Of a stretch of 64,000 nucleotides of DNA, positions 1 to 11,785 are shown piece by piece. The DNA is from Spizellomyces punctatus DAOM BR117 (taxonomy: Eukaryota), in NCBI GenBank assembly GCA_000182565.2, contig KQ257450.1. The stretch is one strand, 5' to 3'. The notes beneath the pieces are model-generated. The model was not told where the DNA came from, ran no database searches, and saw only the letters and a program-made list of their open reading frames with translations. The translations under genes and the position numbers were made by a program. Numbering within the stretch: the stretch's first letter is position 1; each line of letters opens with the position of its first letter.

Positions 1-1130
1 TGATATTGGAACTTAAGACTCCATTGTTGAGAGTTAAATCAGGAGACTGTGCTGTTAAGGATAATCTGAAATCACTGCCAACCCGTGTTATTCCTTGGGA
101 TGCTGTGAATATATCACGGATTGTATCACGACCTGACATTGCAAGCCCTGAATTCGCATCACATTTCAAACTCAATTGTATATCGTTCTGCAATCTCTCA
201 ATTCCATTGCTACATGTCAGTACATCTTTTATCGTATCTGCTTTGACCATTTGGAGACAACTACCAGCCTCGGCTTTTAACGATAGTACCACATCGTTAG
301 TTGTACCAGGTCTAATAGCAACTCCATTAAAATCCTGAAAAATCAGTCCTGAAACAAGTTGATTACCAATGATGCATATGGTCTGGTTATCAACCAAAAC
401 CCCAATCTCGCGCCGTCCACTAAACTCGGGGCCGATAGCAATTGCACCTGTTTGACTGCCTTGATAATACTGACTCAAGTAGTCCTTGGACACAGCATAC
501 GAGCCTCCACCGATTGCTGGTAATGTACCGCTCAATTTCACGTTAGGCACTCGTAACTCCTGTAGCGTTGTCGAATAGGTGAATGAAGGACTCCCACTGT
601 ATCCATAAGTCATGTTACCATACAGTATCTGCTCGTATCCTGGACTCTTCAAAGACAACTTGGAACCGGCTTGACTGAATGTAGAAGTGTCGGTCATGAG
701 TCGAATGGCAGTCGTATCTACCTCCCCTAAGACGTCTGTGAGTTCAGTCAGAGATGAGAAGCCGAAATCAAGCCAACTGCTTCCGATGTCAAGGATACTG
801 TCTGCTCCAGACGATGTCTTTATTGCCCCAAAAGCCTTGAATAGTTGACTTGTATTTGTTTCGAGTTCATCTGAACTGTTCACCTTCAAACTCTTGTGAA
901 GTTTGACACCGATTCCATTGTCACGATATAGTGGTTTCTTCAGCGTCTCTGGCGGTGGAGGGTCAGGAAAGTTGACAGAGAGTCCGTTTTCGTTTATGAT
1001 AAAACTATCATCTGCCAGTAAACCAATAGTCCTTGTATCTGCATCATGATATAATGGAAACTCGTAATTCAAAGGAACAACTGTCAATTTTCCATTATCC
1101 ACTTTCAATTCATCATCATCAATTTGTATA
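1..1130 (-). CDS. Fibre-like protein, paralog 2 (partial: N-terminus in gap, C-terminus beyond window start)
   Basis: Manual minus-strand translation IQIDDDELKVDNGKLTVVPLNYEFPLYHDADTRTIGL...SLTAQSPDLTLNNGVLSSNI aligns collinearly with the protein encoded at 4410-5530. Not listed in the ORF track. Confidence 0.85.
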
Positions 1131-1513
1131 NNNNNNNNNNNNNNNNNNNNNNNNNNNNNNNNNNNNNNNNNNNNNNNNNNNNNNNNNNNNNNNNNNNNNN
1201 NNNNNNNNNNNNNNNNNNNNNNNNNNNNNNNNNNNNNNNNNNNNNNNNNNNNNNNNNNNNNNNNNNNNNNNNNNNNNNNNNNNNNNNNNNNNNNNNNNNN
1301 NNNNNNNNNNNNNNNNNNNNNNNNNNNNNNNNNNNNNNNNNNNNNNNNNNNNNNNNNNNNNNNNNNNNNNNNNNNNNNNNNNNNNNNNNNNNNNNNNNNN
1401 NNNNNNNNNNNNNNNNNNNNNNNNNNNNNNNNNNNNNNNNNNNNNNNNNNNNNNNNNNNNNNNNNNNNNNNNNNNNNNNNNNNNNNNNNNNNNNNNNNNN
1501 NNNNNNNNNNNNN

Positions 1514-4500
1514 ACCCGAGGCTCCCATTGGTAAGTATACCTGTTCCATTAGTTGCAGCGTGGTATGTACCCCAAGAATTACTCGAAGCAGCATTGTTAC
1601 TAATCAGAATGGCCGTAGATGCTGTGGCACTTGAAGGCGCATTGATGACTATGGCAGCCAGCTGCAATCCTCCTCCACCTGCTCCTAGGGTTAGAGTTTT
1701 TCCTATGCCGACTCCACCTGATACCTGGAAAGCACCTGTTGTCACACTAGTTGAATTGGTTGTGTTTGGTATCTGCGTTACGCCTGTATTGGAAACTCTC
1801 AGAACGAAGCCTGTATTGTTATAAGAACTATTTAGACCGAATCCGCCTGCTGATAATGTTCCGTCTCCTGTGCTTCCGGCAACTCTCATGCCCCATGTAA
1901 CATTACTCCCAGTATTTACTAAGGACAATGTTGTAGATGCTGCGCCATTTTGAATGGTTATACCCCTGCCAACAGTGGCACTGTTAAATGATAGCGCAGT
2001 CGATGAGGTAATAAGAGGTTGATATGAGGAAAGTATATTCGATGTAGGAACAACTGAGAACCCTGTGGGTGTTCCCATGATGAAAGTGTTAGCCGCCGGC
2101 GTTAAACCGCTGATAGAATCGAGTAATGCAGACGCACTTTGTTTAGTAGCAAGTGCTGTATCTGCGGCGGCCTTGTTATTCTGAACAAGTGTTTGAAGCA
2201 AAGTCAAGGATTGACTAAGAGGACTTGTCATGCCGGTCATTGTAGCGACACTCCATTGTTGCGTAGCCACTTCGACTCCATTTTGAATGATCAGTCCTTC
2301 AACATTTAGATCATGTTCAACATGTAAGCCACCTGTCAAGAGTCCATTGCCTACATTATCTACTCGAAACACTATATCTGAGGTGCCTTGGACAAATATT
2401 CCACCACTCGTTGTTAGAGAATTAACATTCAATGCAGACGATGTAGTAAGAAGAGGTTGGAATCCCCCTAGAATTGTAGAGACAGGTGATACTGTAAAGC
2501 CCCCAGCAGTTCCCATGACGAAGGAATTCGGTGTCGTTGTTAAACCACTGATTGCATCGAGTAAAGGATTGGCATTTTGCTTCGTAGCAATGGATGTTGT
2601 TAGAGAACTTTCAGTAGCCAATTTCACTCCATTTGTGTATACATCCCCTCCAACGTACAGTGATTTAGCGATGCCAACTCCACCTTTCACCTGGAACGAG
2701 CCGGATGTTGAGGAAGTAGCATCAGTTGTCATATTGATAATAACATTCCCAGATGAGAGAATATCCAAATTCGAAGCCGTTGCATTATTTGTACCAATAC
2801 GCAAATTACTAGCGGAGGCTCGAATGATGTAGTCTCCAGCAACGGTATTTGTTACCCATTGACCTGCTGTTGCTGTATATCCGAATGATGCATTGTTTAT
2901 TTGAAAGGCGGCAGTGGCTGTAGTAGATATAATAGCATACTTTCCCATGTACACTGTGCCTTGCACTCCTAATCCACCGGGAATTTGTAATGCACCTGTT
3001 GTTGTAGAGGATGCATCATTTGTAGCATCCAGTGTAACGATTCCAGTGTTTGCCTGTATTGTTAGTCCTCTAGCGGTCTGTGCTTGAAGCCGAAGGTTAC
3101 CAATATTGTTTCTCAACGTCATTGCGTTAATCCCACCGTCCGAACTCCGGTTGTTTCCATTCAAAAACATCACTCCAGAACCCCCTGAAGCTGTTAGATA
3201 AAGAATGCTGCATCCGTTCGTCCCTGTACTCGGATTGCTTACGATAAGGGAACGTAAACCATTTACAGAAGAGGCTCCGACAGTTAGGTCACCCCCTACA
3301 ACGCACAAACCATTTGTGTCCACTCTTAGACCCAGAGATACTGCACTAGATGTCCGTCCGTAAATGTAAATCAGCTTGTCTTGTGCTCCTAACCACGTAG
3401 CAGCATCACTAGCATACCCTAAAAAACCAGAACCATCCAGACCCAGCCAAGACGATTTTGTACCGTCAAAACTATTTGAAATAAAGACAGACGAGCCTCC
3501 TGCTACAGAGGCGGTCGTTTGAACTCTGCTTCCTGTAATGACTTTCCCTGAGATATTGCTGCCAAATGTAACATTATTTGAAGTTAGATTAGTTATCTGG
3601 CTTCCGACCCAAGGTTTGATAACATCATTGTCGTAATCTCTTAACATTGAGAGATTGATCGCTTGCTGAGGGTATTCGTATTTGATGCCTCGATAACATG
3701 AAGGCATATCAAACAAGAGACGAGTACAACCTCCTATTGGATCAGAAGCAATTGTGACATTGCTCCCGGGTTCAAGTGGTGGCATGAAGGTAACAGGGTC
3801 TATTGGTTCATAAACGGGGTTTCCATCGCCATCGAGTATAGGTTGGCCTTCCGCATCTCGTTGAACCTTACGTTTGCATGACCCTCCGAAAATCATTCCC
3901 CAAGGGAACGTTGAGACGATTGGGAGGATGGAGTTTACAGCCATAGGGACTGTCAAGGTCGGGGAGACCATCGCTGGAAAAGGTACGGTTGATAATGGAG
4001 TTGATCCGGACAAAATAACAGTGTTGCCTGATGGAACATCCATTTTTAACACTTCTGCAGTATCAGTCTGTTCAGTATTATCGGTATCCCTTTGTTTCAA
4101 TAACAGCGTAGGGTCAATGAGTGTAAAGTTGTAGAGAGGGTAACTTCCTGTGATAATCAAGTTTGGACTGTTACTTACGAATTGTGGCGGAATCATGTTA
4201 TACTGAATGGTATTACCAACAACGACCACACTTCCGTATGAATTGGTCGAACCGACATAATTGCCCTTCAGAACATCCCCAACACGAAGAACTGTATCGC
4301 TTCCTGTAAGAGAACATGAAATCAAATCACCGGACACTTGCACTCCATTAATACCTCGGAGATTAGTAGACAAAACAGCACCATTCTTCTGGAGTCCAAT
4401 TCCCGCAGCGATGTTCGAACTGAGAACCCCATTATTGAGGGTTAAATCGGGTGACTGTGCAGTAAGAGATAACCTGAACTCATTGCCAATCCTGCTTACC

Positions 4501-5897
4501 CCTTGGGAGGCTGTAAAGGTATCCCGTATGGTTCCCCTGTTGACCATAGCCAAACCTGAATTAGCATCAACTTTTAGATCGAGTTGAAGGTCATTCTGTA
4601 CTCTCTCGATACCATTGCTGCAAGTAAGTACGTCTTTAATGGTATCTGCTTTGACCATTTGGAGACAACTGCCAGCCTCACATTTGAGAGAGAGCATCAC
4701 ATCATTGGTAGTCCCAGGCCGGATGGTGACTCCGTTAAATTCCTGGAAAATGTACCCACCTGTGAGTGCATTTCCAACAATTCTGATGGTCTGATTATCG
4801 ACCAAACAGCCAATCTCGCGTCGTCCGTTAAACTCGGGTCCCACTGCTATTGCTCCTGTTTGAGAGCCTTGATAAAATTGGGAAAGATAGTCTTTACTCA
4901 CTGCATACGACCCACCTCCAATAGCAGGAAATACTCCTGTTAATTTGACATTTGGTACTCTCAACTCCTGAAGCGTGGACGAATAAGTGAATGAAGAACT
5001 TCCCAAGTAGCCATAGGTAAGGTTCCCATACATGATTTGTTCATATCCGGGTGATTTCAGGGACAATCTCGAACCCGCTTGACTGAATGTGGAACTATCT
5101 ACCATTAGGCGAATGGCTGTGGTGTCTACTTCTCCTAACACATCAGTCATTTCGGTCAAACTATCGAATCCAAAGTTGAGCCATGAAGACCCGATGTCTA
5201 ACAACGTATCCGCACCTGAACTCGATTTCAGAGCGCCAAATGCTTTTAGTACCGACTGAATGTTAGTTTCCAATTCGTCATTATTGTTCACCTTTAGACT
5301 TTTATGAAGTTTGATTCCAAGGCCGCTCTGGTCACGATACAACGGCTTTTTCAGCGTCTCAGGATCAGGAAAATTAACCGATAGACCATTTTCAGTTATA
5401 AGCAAAGTATCATCTGCTTGTAAACCAACCGTACGTGATTCGGCATCCCTGTAGAGTGGAAAATCATAGTTATAAGGAATGACTGTTAATTTTTCATCCT
5501 CAACTTTTAGTTCATCATCATCAATGTTTAGGCTTACTGTTCGTGAGTCGGGAGCCCTATAGAGAGGTTGCAGGAGTGTCTCTGGTTTAACAGATAAGCC
5601 GTCTTCTGTTATAAGCAGAGTATCGTCTGTTACAAGCCTGACATCATGTTCATCATCAATTAATGGAAAAACATAAGTTGTCTCGGCAAGAGAGATGGTA
5701 TATTTACCTTTATTTTTCTGAATGGAGAGACTAGGCGTTTGACTATCCAAATCGAGTATAGTGACTATACCATCTTTATTCCGTAGGCTCTCTCCATAGA
5801 TAGAATTGGCTTTAACTTTTCCGGACTTGAAATTATCTAGGACTTCTAAATTTCTTCAAACCATATATGTGCCTTGAATGCTATTAGGCAAAGGCAT
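1514..5897 (-). CDS. Large virion fibre/spike-like protein, paralog 1 (>1460 aa; one in-frame TGA at 5856-5858; C-terminus in gap)
   Basis: ATG at 5897 (MPLPNSIQGTYMV*RNLEVLD...) is in frame with ORF 1119..5750. It has N-terminal PLYRD-type shaft-like repeats and three G/S/T-rich STTTGALQIPGGLGV-type repeats typical of viral fibres. Confidence 0.75.
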
Positions 5898-5955
5898 CTT
5901 CTTATTCCTTTATATCATCATAGCTTAGAAAATGAATTGCATGCCGACATTTGGT

Positions 5956-6654
5956 CTATACAATGTCATCAAAGATCGATGGTGGTTTGGTACGCATGAT
6001 ATCCCTGCCGGGATGCGTTACAGGCTCCGCGCGACAGGTATCTATTGCATACCGGGTTGTTCGAGTGTGGTGAACGGGGCGATTTCTCTTTTTTTTGATG
6101 ACTTTGACAACTTCCTCATAATCATCTGAAGAATCATCTTCTTCTTTGTCTGACGATTCCTCAACTACAATCTTCCGTCTTTTTTTCGGTATCAGCGTTT
6201 TAATTCTTTTTTTAGTCTTGTGACTATATGAAGTATTTTGTAAGTCCTCCTCAGCGCGGAGCCTAGCCTCGACACGTTTTTCCTGTTCCACCCTAAGAGC
6301 CTCGGCCTTAGCAAGAATCCTCTCCTCCTCTTTTCTCTTCTTTTCTAGTTCTCTCTCTTCTTTTCTCTTGGCAGCGAGTTCTCGTCTAACCTGAAGAGCC
6401 TTTTCTCGGGATTTTTCTAAATGTGCTCGCTGCTTCTCTGATGCAGTTCATTTTTTGGGAGCGCTGGCATTGACCTCTCTGGGATTGGCCGCTCCGTGCC
6501 CGGCATATTTGTTTACAAGTTCTTGAACATAGTCTTGATGATCATTGTCATTAGTTTCATCATCATCATTCAAACTTTGTTCTTCATCTGTAATGTCAGG
6601 CATGCCTGCCGGCATTTGGCTCTGCGCCAGCATAGATTCCTTTTTTTTAGGCAT
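5956..6654 (-). CDS. Charged coiled-coil viral protein (track ORFs 6448..6687 and 5956..6291 joined through an in-frame TGA at 6448-6450)
   Basis: Reads MPKKKES...APKK*TASEKQRAHLEKSREKALQVRRE...EQEKRVEARL in one frame. The KKRxxSEKQxxxLxKxRE pattern is one I recall from small proteins of PLVs and large DNA viruses. Confidence 0.7.
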
Positions 6655-6693
6655 TTTAGCTTGTAAATAGAAAATAAAAAAACCCAAATACGC

Positions 6694-7671
6694 TTAGCGA
6701 GGTTCTTTTGTCCATGATGATGGTATCTTATAAGAATTACTTGCCCACTCTTTCTTAAGTTCCTTGTGTACCTTACCATTTTTTCTAATCCAATTACCGG
6801 TTCTTGGATTGTAAACTTCCTGCAAGGATGAATCTCTCGGGTTTCTTCTCTCATGAAGCCTTGGCGATGGCTGCATTGTTGTGAAGTCAAATGTAGATGG
6901 AGACGGAGATGGTGAGTCATCCATCGGCGCTAGTGATGGTAAGCCTGAGGTTGGTGAATCAGATCACCTATGTAGAACCCATTGTGTAGGCGGCGTGCCT
7001 CCTTCCTCATAAAAGATGTTCTCAGACAACGCAGGAGTAGGTCGTATCACACCACGTTGCATGTTGTATTCATCTCTTGAGGCAGAAATATCAGTACCCC
7101 TAGTGCCCAAGCCAGTTGTTTCTAGCAAACTCTCCCCAGGATTGTGAATACCATGTGAAGAGCGGAAACGCTGTATGTCAGCCAATTCCTTACATTTTTC
7201 CTCTTTTATAAACTCTTCATAACCTTCGCGCATTCGTCGGATGCATGCAATCAAATCTATGTCATTTTTGTATCCTTCACTACCGTGGTTTATCGGATAC
7301 CTAGTTTCTTGATTAGCACTCGGAGCATTCATCCGGGTACGACCCTCCTGCATCTGTTTGAGTTCTGCATCAGACACAACGGGACAAAATGTATCAGGAT
7401 TCAAAGAGCGTCCATTTTCATCTCTCAGTTCACCAAAACGTCTATTATCAATTTCAATATAGTATGGGTCACTGACGAATTGTGTATCAACCTTACCAAA
7501 TGAACGATACTTGTTTAACAGCGGGTGCTTGAAATAGCCTGTAGGTAACTTTGAGTCAACCCATTTTCTTTTTTCTTTCCAGAACACATCATGTTCAACC
7601 TGCTCAGAGTTGTAAGCAGTTACATCAGTGTTACCTTGCTGTAATAGTTTTACTAATTCAGCAACAGACAT
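6694..7671 (-). CDS. Hypothetical viral protein with C-terminal NPxTGxxI motif (track ORFs 6964..7671 and 6694..6924 joined through an in-frame TGA at 6964-6966)
   Basis: Continuous frame ...WVLHR*SDSPTSGLPSLAPMDDSPS...; the C-terminal YNPRTGNWIRKNGKVHKEL resembles the 2-cysteine-adaptor-like motif of large DNA viruses. Confidence 0.65.
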
Positions 7672-7720
7672 ACCGTTCTATTCTGTATTTTACTATATAG
7701 TATTATTAAAAAAAAGAAGA

Positions 7721-7981
7721 ATGTCGTCTCAGCAAAGGAAGGAACGGATACAAGAGCATTTGAGGAAGAAGTTGGCTGAAAGGAATGAAGGGCAAGAAAT
7801 GGAAACAGTTCTTTCTCGAATTATAAGAGAACTGGAGGAACCTCGCATGCCTGAGCCGGCATTGGCATACAGTAAGGAAACCATCATCCCAGATGCTGAT
7901 GCGGGGGGTATTAACTGGAACGAATATGTTATTATTCATGAAAATCCTCTTTACAGTGATGACTTGAATGAAATCATTTGA
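7721..7981 (+). CDS. Small hypothetical viral protein (86 aa)
   Basis: ATG at 7721 follows an A-rich leader. The gene is divergent from the 7671 ORF and ends at a hairpin. Confidence 0.55.
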   Translation: MSSQQRKERIQEHLRKKLAERNEGQEMETVLSRIIRELEEPRMPEPALAYSKETIIPDADAGGINWNEYVIIHENPLYSDDLNEII

Positions 7982-7982
7982 C

Positions 7983-8003
7983 GCTACTTTTTCTAAAAGT
8001 AGC
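7983..8003. terminator. Palindromic hairpin between convergent genes
   Basis: GCTACTTTT-TCT-AAAAGTAGC is a perfect 9-bp stem filling the gap between stop codons at 7981 and 8005. Confidence 0.55.
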
Positions 8004-8004
8004 A

Positions 8005-8322
8005 TTAATACCCCGCTAATTCAACAGGAAGCGATTTCCTTAAGGCTGAATCAAAATTTTGTTGAATCTCATAGCCCCGCCCTAGACCTTTATGGAGATC
8101 ATCGATATAGCCTCGTCCTCGTGAAATTGTCTCTCTTACTTTGACGGGTACAGATTCGTCATGGACAAGAGATTGATGAACTTTCCCATAGATATCTTTG
8201 GCTTGTCCAGCATGGGCAACAAATTGTCTAATACCGTTGTTAACTTTGTTATAACTGTTCAGCACTCTAAGACCAAAGTTTTTTGCACTTGAGAGAAAGT
8301 TTGCGAATTTTTGACGCAACAT
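8005..8322 (-). CDS. Small amphipathic helical virion protein candidate
   Basis: 105 aa, directly downstream of the penton gene on the same strand, with an amphipathic N-terminus (FANFLSSAKNFGLRVLNSY). Confidence 0.6.
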   Translation of the reverse strand: MLRQKFANFLSSAKNFGLRVLNSYNKVNNGIRQFVAHAGQAKDIYGKVHQSLVHDESVPVKVRETISRGRGYIDDLHKGLGRGYEIQQNFDSALRKSLPVELAGY

Positions 8323-8357
8323 CTTTTACATGTTCCAAATGAAAAAAAAAAAAAAAA

Positions 8358-9101
8358 TTAATCATCTGCAAAGCCAGAGGAATGACAATCGAGAACTAAA
8401 GTGAACCCTTTGCCCTGTAGATCCAAGGGTAGCAATGTTTCAGCATCAAGCAAATGGATGTCGATCGTACTAACAAGGCCAGACTCCGTGTCAATGAAGT
8501 CGGTGTCAAAATAATTCTGCGCACATAGGACAGTTTCAATTTCTTGCGACACCGGAATAGAGGCAATGATATTTAAATCATCTGTGCCTGCATAAATGAC
8601 ATCATTTGACCTTATGTTAGATGAGGCTACGAGCACCATCTTAACGCCTGTCAGATCGATGGGATTTGAGAAGGTAATTGATGTCCCAGGGTCAGATTGC
8701 TGAGTTTGCTGCAATCCGAGCAGTTTGCTTGCTGTGGTTTGAGGGTAGAGAACTTTGAATGGTGTTGTACCCGCGGTCACTGTGATTTGACTGTTTATAT
8801 GATTGTATTCTACAGTGTATGCTTGCGTCCCAGTCGAGTTGAATCCAGCAGTCAGTGCATCGACCAAATCATCAGGGCTATATGTCCCAGGAGGAATAGC
8901 AAAAGTCCTTGCAGCATTACCCATCCCAGCATCATAAAAGGAGACAATATTGTTCTTTTCGTTTACTATGTCCCACGAAAGGGGCAAAATGATCGAATTG
9001 TATCGAATTTTATCACATGCGATGGGTTCGGCTAGAGTCCATTTAGGTTCATTCCTGTTTCCGTTCGTCGCCCTGTTGCTATCGAGAATCAACTTTTTCA
9101 T
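8358..9101 (-). CDS. Minor capsid protein (penton, single jelly-roll)
   Basis: PLV penton pattern: LILDS at the N-terminus, PLSWDIVNEKNN, IPPGTYSPDDLVDAL, NPIDL, IIASIPV and C-terminal IDIHLLD...PLDLQG.FTLVL. Confidence 0.85.
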   Translation of the reverse strand: MKKLILDSNRATNGNRNEPKWTLAEPIACDKIRYNSIILPLSWDIVNEKNNIVSFYDAGMGNAARTFAIPPGTYSPDDLVDALTAGFNSTGTQAYTVEYNHINSQITVTAGTTPFKVLYPQTTASKLLGLQQTQQSDPGTSITFSNPIDLTGVKMVLVASSNIRSNDVIYAGTDDLNIIASIPVSQEIETVLCAQNYFDTDFIDTESGLVSTIDIHLLDAETLLPLDLQGKGFTLVLDCHSSGFADD

Positions 9102-9149
9102 TTCTTCTAATGTATTATAGATACAGAGAGCAAATAAAAAACAAGCGCA

Positions 9150-9821
9150 ATGAAGGCTATTACAATATCACCCTTACCAAGTCAAGTCTCTGGACGCATA
9201 AAGGATAATACAGATCCACGGCTTCCTAGAAAGTATGGTTTTATTGTATACAATGGTGCTCGATTTTGTGGGAAGACGCTAAACATTGCAGTGATATGCA
9301 AATTGTTCTTGAAGAAGCAGTATTCGAATATCATAATTTTCACACCAAATCCACACGATACCAATTGGAACCCTTTAAGAACGAGCAAAAAGGTTCATAT
9401 ATTTGACAAGATTTCCAATGAAATACTCAATTTTATACACGAAGAGCAACTTTATGAATTTGTTCGAAGCGGAAGAAAATGAGATTTACTTCTTATCATA
9501 GATGACTACAATATGCAGAAAGGACATAAGAAGTCACTCGATGAGTTGGCTACACGGGGTAGACACGCTGGAATCACCTGCATCCTGTCGAGTCAATATT
9601 TTTATCACAATAGTCCCGCTGTCCGTAGCAATGCGACGAACTGGATCATTTTTAGACCTTTGAAAAGCGAACTTAAGAAAATGGTCGAAGCAGGCTTATC
9701 TCTCGCTTTACCTGAAGATGTATTTGAAAAGTTCGTTATGGATAATACAAAGAAACTGTTTCATTTTGTGCACATAAATCTACAAAGTTCGAAAAGACCG
9801 TTTAGAGTTGGTTTTTCGTAG
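9150..9821 (+). CDS. A32-like (FtsK-HerA) genome packaging ATPase, interrupted by an in-frame TGA at 9480-9482
   Basis: Walker A GARFCGKT; Walker B LLIIDD just after the TGA in the same frame; A32 signatures TRGRHAGITCILSSQ and SPAVRSNA. Confidence 0.92.
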
Positions 9822-9840
9822 GGGGACAGGCTGTCCCCCT
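9820..9840. terminator. Perfect hairpin at the ATPase stop codon
   Basis: AGGGGGACAG-G-CTGTCCCCCT is a 10-bp inverted repeat overlapping the TAG. Confidence 0.5.
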
Positions 9841-10001
9841 TTGACCCCCTCGCTTTGACAACCATTGTAACTTGTTAAGCTACACCGACTGAGTTCAGGC
9901 TATTTAGGACAGCAAACTCCTTTCCGAAAGGCACAATTTTTGATGTCACTTTTTCTTAAAAAGTGACGTTTTTTTTTTCTAGATGTGTAAGTTAAACCAC
10001 A

Positions 10002-11387
10002 ATGTCTTCAGGAATTCAGGTAACTGAGGTTCGACAAGTCCCAAACGTCTTTACGTATAAGCGCAATGCCAAGAACGGGGTTGTGCTGAATTTTCAGCCA
10101 TCTAGTCAGGTTCGCTTCGAGCCTACCAACGGATTGGGTGACTGTAACTTTGGCAGCAAAATCACTTTTAAAATAGCCGATGACAAGCGTTTTTGGCTTG
10201 TGAATGAAACCTTACATAAATATCGTGTCGTAGGGCTTGATGCAAATAGACAGGAAATCGTTTCTGCCACTGCAACCCACAGGCTATGTCAATCAGGAAC
10301 GGATGCTGTATGGAAACGCCAAAGTGTTCTTATTAATGGAAGGATCATCGAAGATCTCAATGATTATAATTTGTTCACCGCACATGAAAACGCTCTAACA
10401 TTGTGGGAAACCAAACAACATCTTGGGCAATGTGAATATTATTCGAGTGATGCGGCTAACGACCATTCAGCAGTGGTTGCTAAAAACAGGGCATACACTG
10501 TCACTGGCTCATCACTGTCATTCTTTCAAAATGAAGTGGCTTTCCCTCTCTGTCTTGTCAAAGGTGGTGTCCAGGTCGAGATGACTGCAGAGAGTGAACT
10601 TGCCAAAATTTTCCCCACATCCACAGGAATAGATTCATTCAAGATTGTCCAGAACGAACTCATTTGCCAGTTCGCCGAGCCCATACCCGAATACTACAAC
10701 AAGATCCTTAGCCTAATGGAGAGCAACGAATACTTGACCATCCCCATGCAAGTTGTGTGGAGTCAGGAGTTTGCTGGGCAAGCCAGTCGCGTACAGCAAT
10801 TGTCACTTGTGACTGGTGAGCAGTCCTCTGTTTCATCATTGATGTTGGTGACAACTGACAATGTTCGAACTGATGTAGACAAATTGAATTTCAGTGAAGA
10901 TGCTGGGATTAGAACAGTTAGTATCCAGGTGGGTATGCAGCGGTTCCCTGAGGGAAAAGCGATTGCCAACGGTTCCGCTTGTGCTGGTACTAATATTATA
11001 CCTACTGTAGATCCTGAAATGTATGCATTAAGCCAACGTAATAAAGATTTCAATGATGTGCGATTTGCCCCCACTATGTCCGATTTGGAAGGATGGGCAC
11101 TAGCAGGCAAAAAGATACAGCATTGGTCATGGAGGCAAAATTTCAAGCAAAGTCCAGATATGATCGGCGGTGGTTTGAATACTCTAGCCGATGGGCATAT
11201 TCTCATCAATGTGAGTCAATATCCCAACCCTCCGGAAGTAGCCGATTTCCCAAGCGAAAAACTAGAGGGTGATACGCCTAACCCCGATTATATCCCTACG
11301 TTCAAGGACAAGACATTCCATGTCTTCTGGACAACAGACCATGAGATGCACATCGACCGTGATGGTGTTCGCTTGTTACCAGCATAG
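10002..11387 (+). CDS. Major capsid protein (double jelly-roll, PLV type)
   Basis: 461 aa, beta-rich. VRFEPTNG...KITFKI and SGTDAVWKRQSVLINGRIIEDLNDYN match the PLV MCP N-terminal pattern, and the gene sits beside the ATPase and penton. Confidence 0.82.
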   Translation: MSSGIQVTEVRQVPNVFTYKRNAKNGVVLNFQPSSQVRFEPTNGLGDCNFGSKITFKIADDKRFWLVNETLHKYRVVGLDANRQEIVSATATHRLCQSGTDAVWKRQSVLINGRIIEDLNDYNLFTAHENALTLWETKQHLGQCEYYSSDAANDHSAVVAKNRAYTVTGSSLSFFQNEVAFPLCLVKGGVQVEMTAESELAKIFPTSTGIDSFKIVQNELICQFAEPIPEYYNKILSLMESNEYLTIPMQVVWSQEFAGQASRVQQLSLVTGEQSSVSSLMLVTTDNVRTDVDKLNFSEDAGIRTVSIQVGMQRFPEGKAIANGSACAGTNIIPTVDPEMYALSQRNKDFNDVRFAPTMSDLEGWALAGKKIQHWSWRQNFKQSPDMIGGGLNTLADGHILINVSQYPNPPEVADFPSEKLEGDTPNPDYIPTFKDKTFHVFWTTDHEMHIDRDGVRLLPA

Positions 11388-11449
11388 TTCAACAACAGGA
11401 ACCACGATGATTTTTTCTAAGCTTTGGTTAGGTAAGCCTCAAGAAGAAT

Positions 11450-11620
11450 ATGACAAAAACACATCGAAAACTCGTCAACGTATCGGCCATGCCGAATAAA
11501 GGACTTAGAGTGGCTGCTCGTGCAAGAAACAGGCGCATCATCGCTGCTAGAAAAGCCGCAGCAACACGTAAGCGACGCTACGGTTCTGGAAGAGTCATGA
11601 GGCGTGTTGTTTATGTTTAA
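11450..11620 (+). CDS. 56-aa Arg/Lys/Ala-rich core (DNA-condensing) protein candidate
   Basis: Manual translation MTKTHRKLVNVSAMPNKGLRVAARARNRRIIAARKAAATRKRRYGSGRVMRRVVYV*. No acidic residues; directly after the MCP; below the ORF-track cutoff. Confidence 0.7.
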   Translation: MTKTHRKLVNVSAMPNKGLRVAARARNRRIIAARKAAATRKRRYGSGRVMRRVVYV

Positions 11621-11785
11621 AAAACGGCGCCAAGAAATGCCAAGACTATGCCGGGCGCGGGGCGGCCAATCCCTGCAGGGATGCCAAGATTCTTTCCATT
11701 GAACGGAAGGGCGTCCCTGAGTACAAGCCGGTGGCATAAAAAGGCACTCGGTGTATCTTTTCTCCCATTAGCACGAGTATGGGTT

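Noticed and set aside
1119-1513. Track ORF 1119..5750 as a complete 1543-aa protein, and other ORFs containing X runs
   Set aside because: They read through N gaps. The stop at 1119 is in a different frame of the second paralog, so the true C-terminus is unknown.
2287-4943. Plus-strand ORFs inside the fibre gene (also 6..338 and many antisense ORFs over host genes)
   Set aside because: They are shadow ORFs antisense to well-supported genes and have no recognisable motifs.
1514-5750. Adenain cleavage sites ((M/I/L)xGG) in the fibre
   Set aside because: The protein is glycine-rich, so matches are expected by chance, and no adenain gene is seen in the window.
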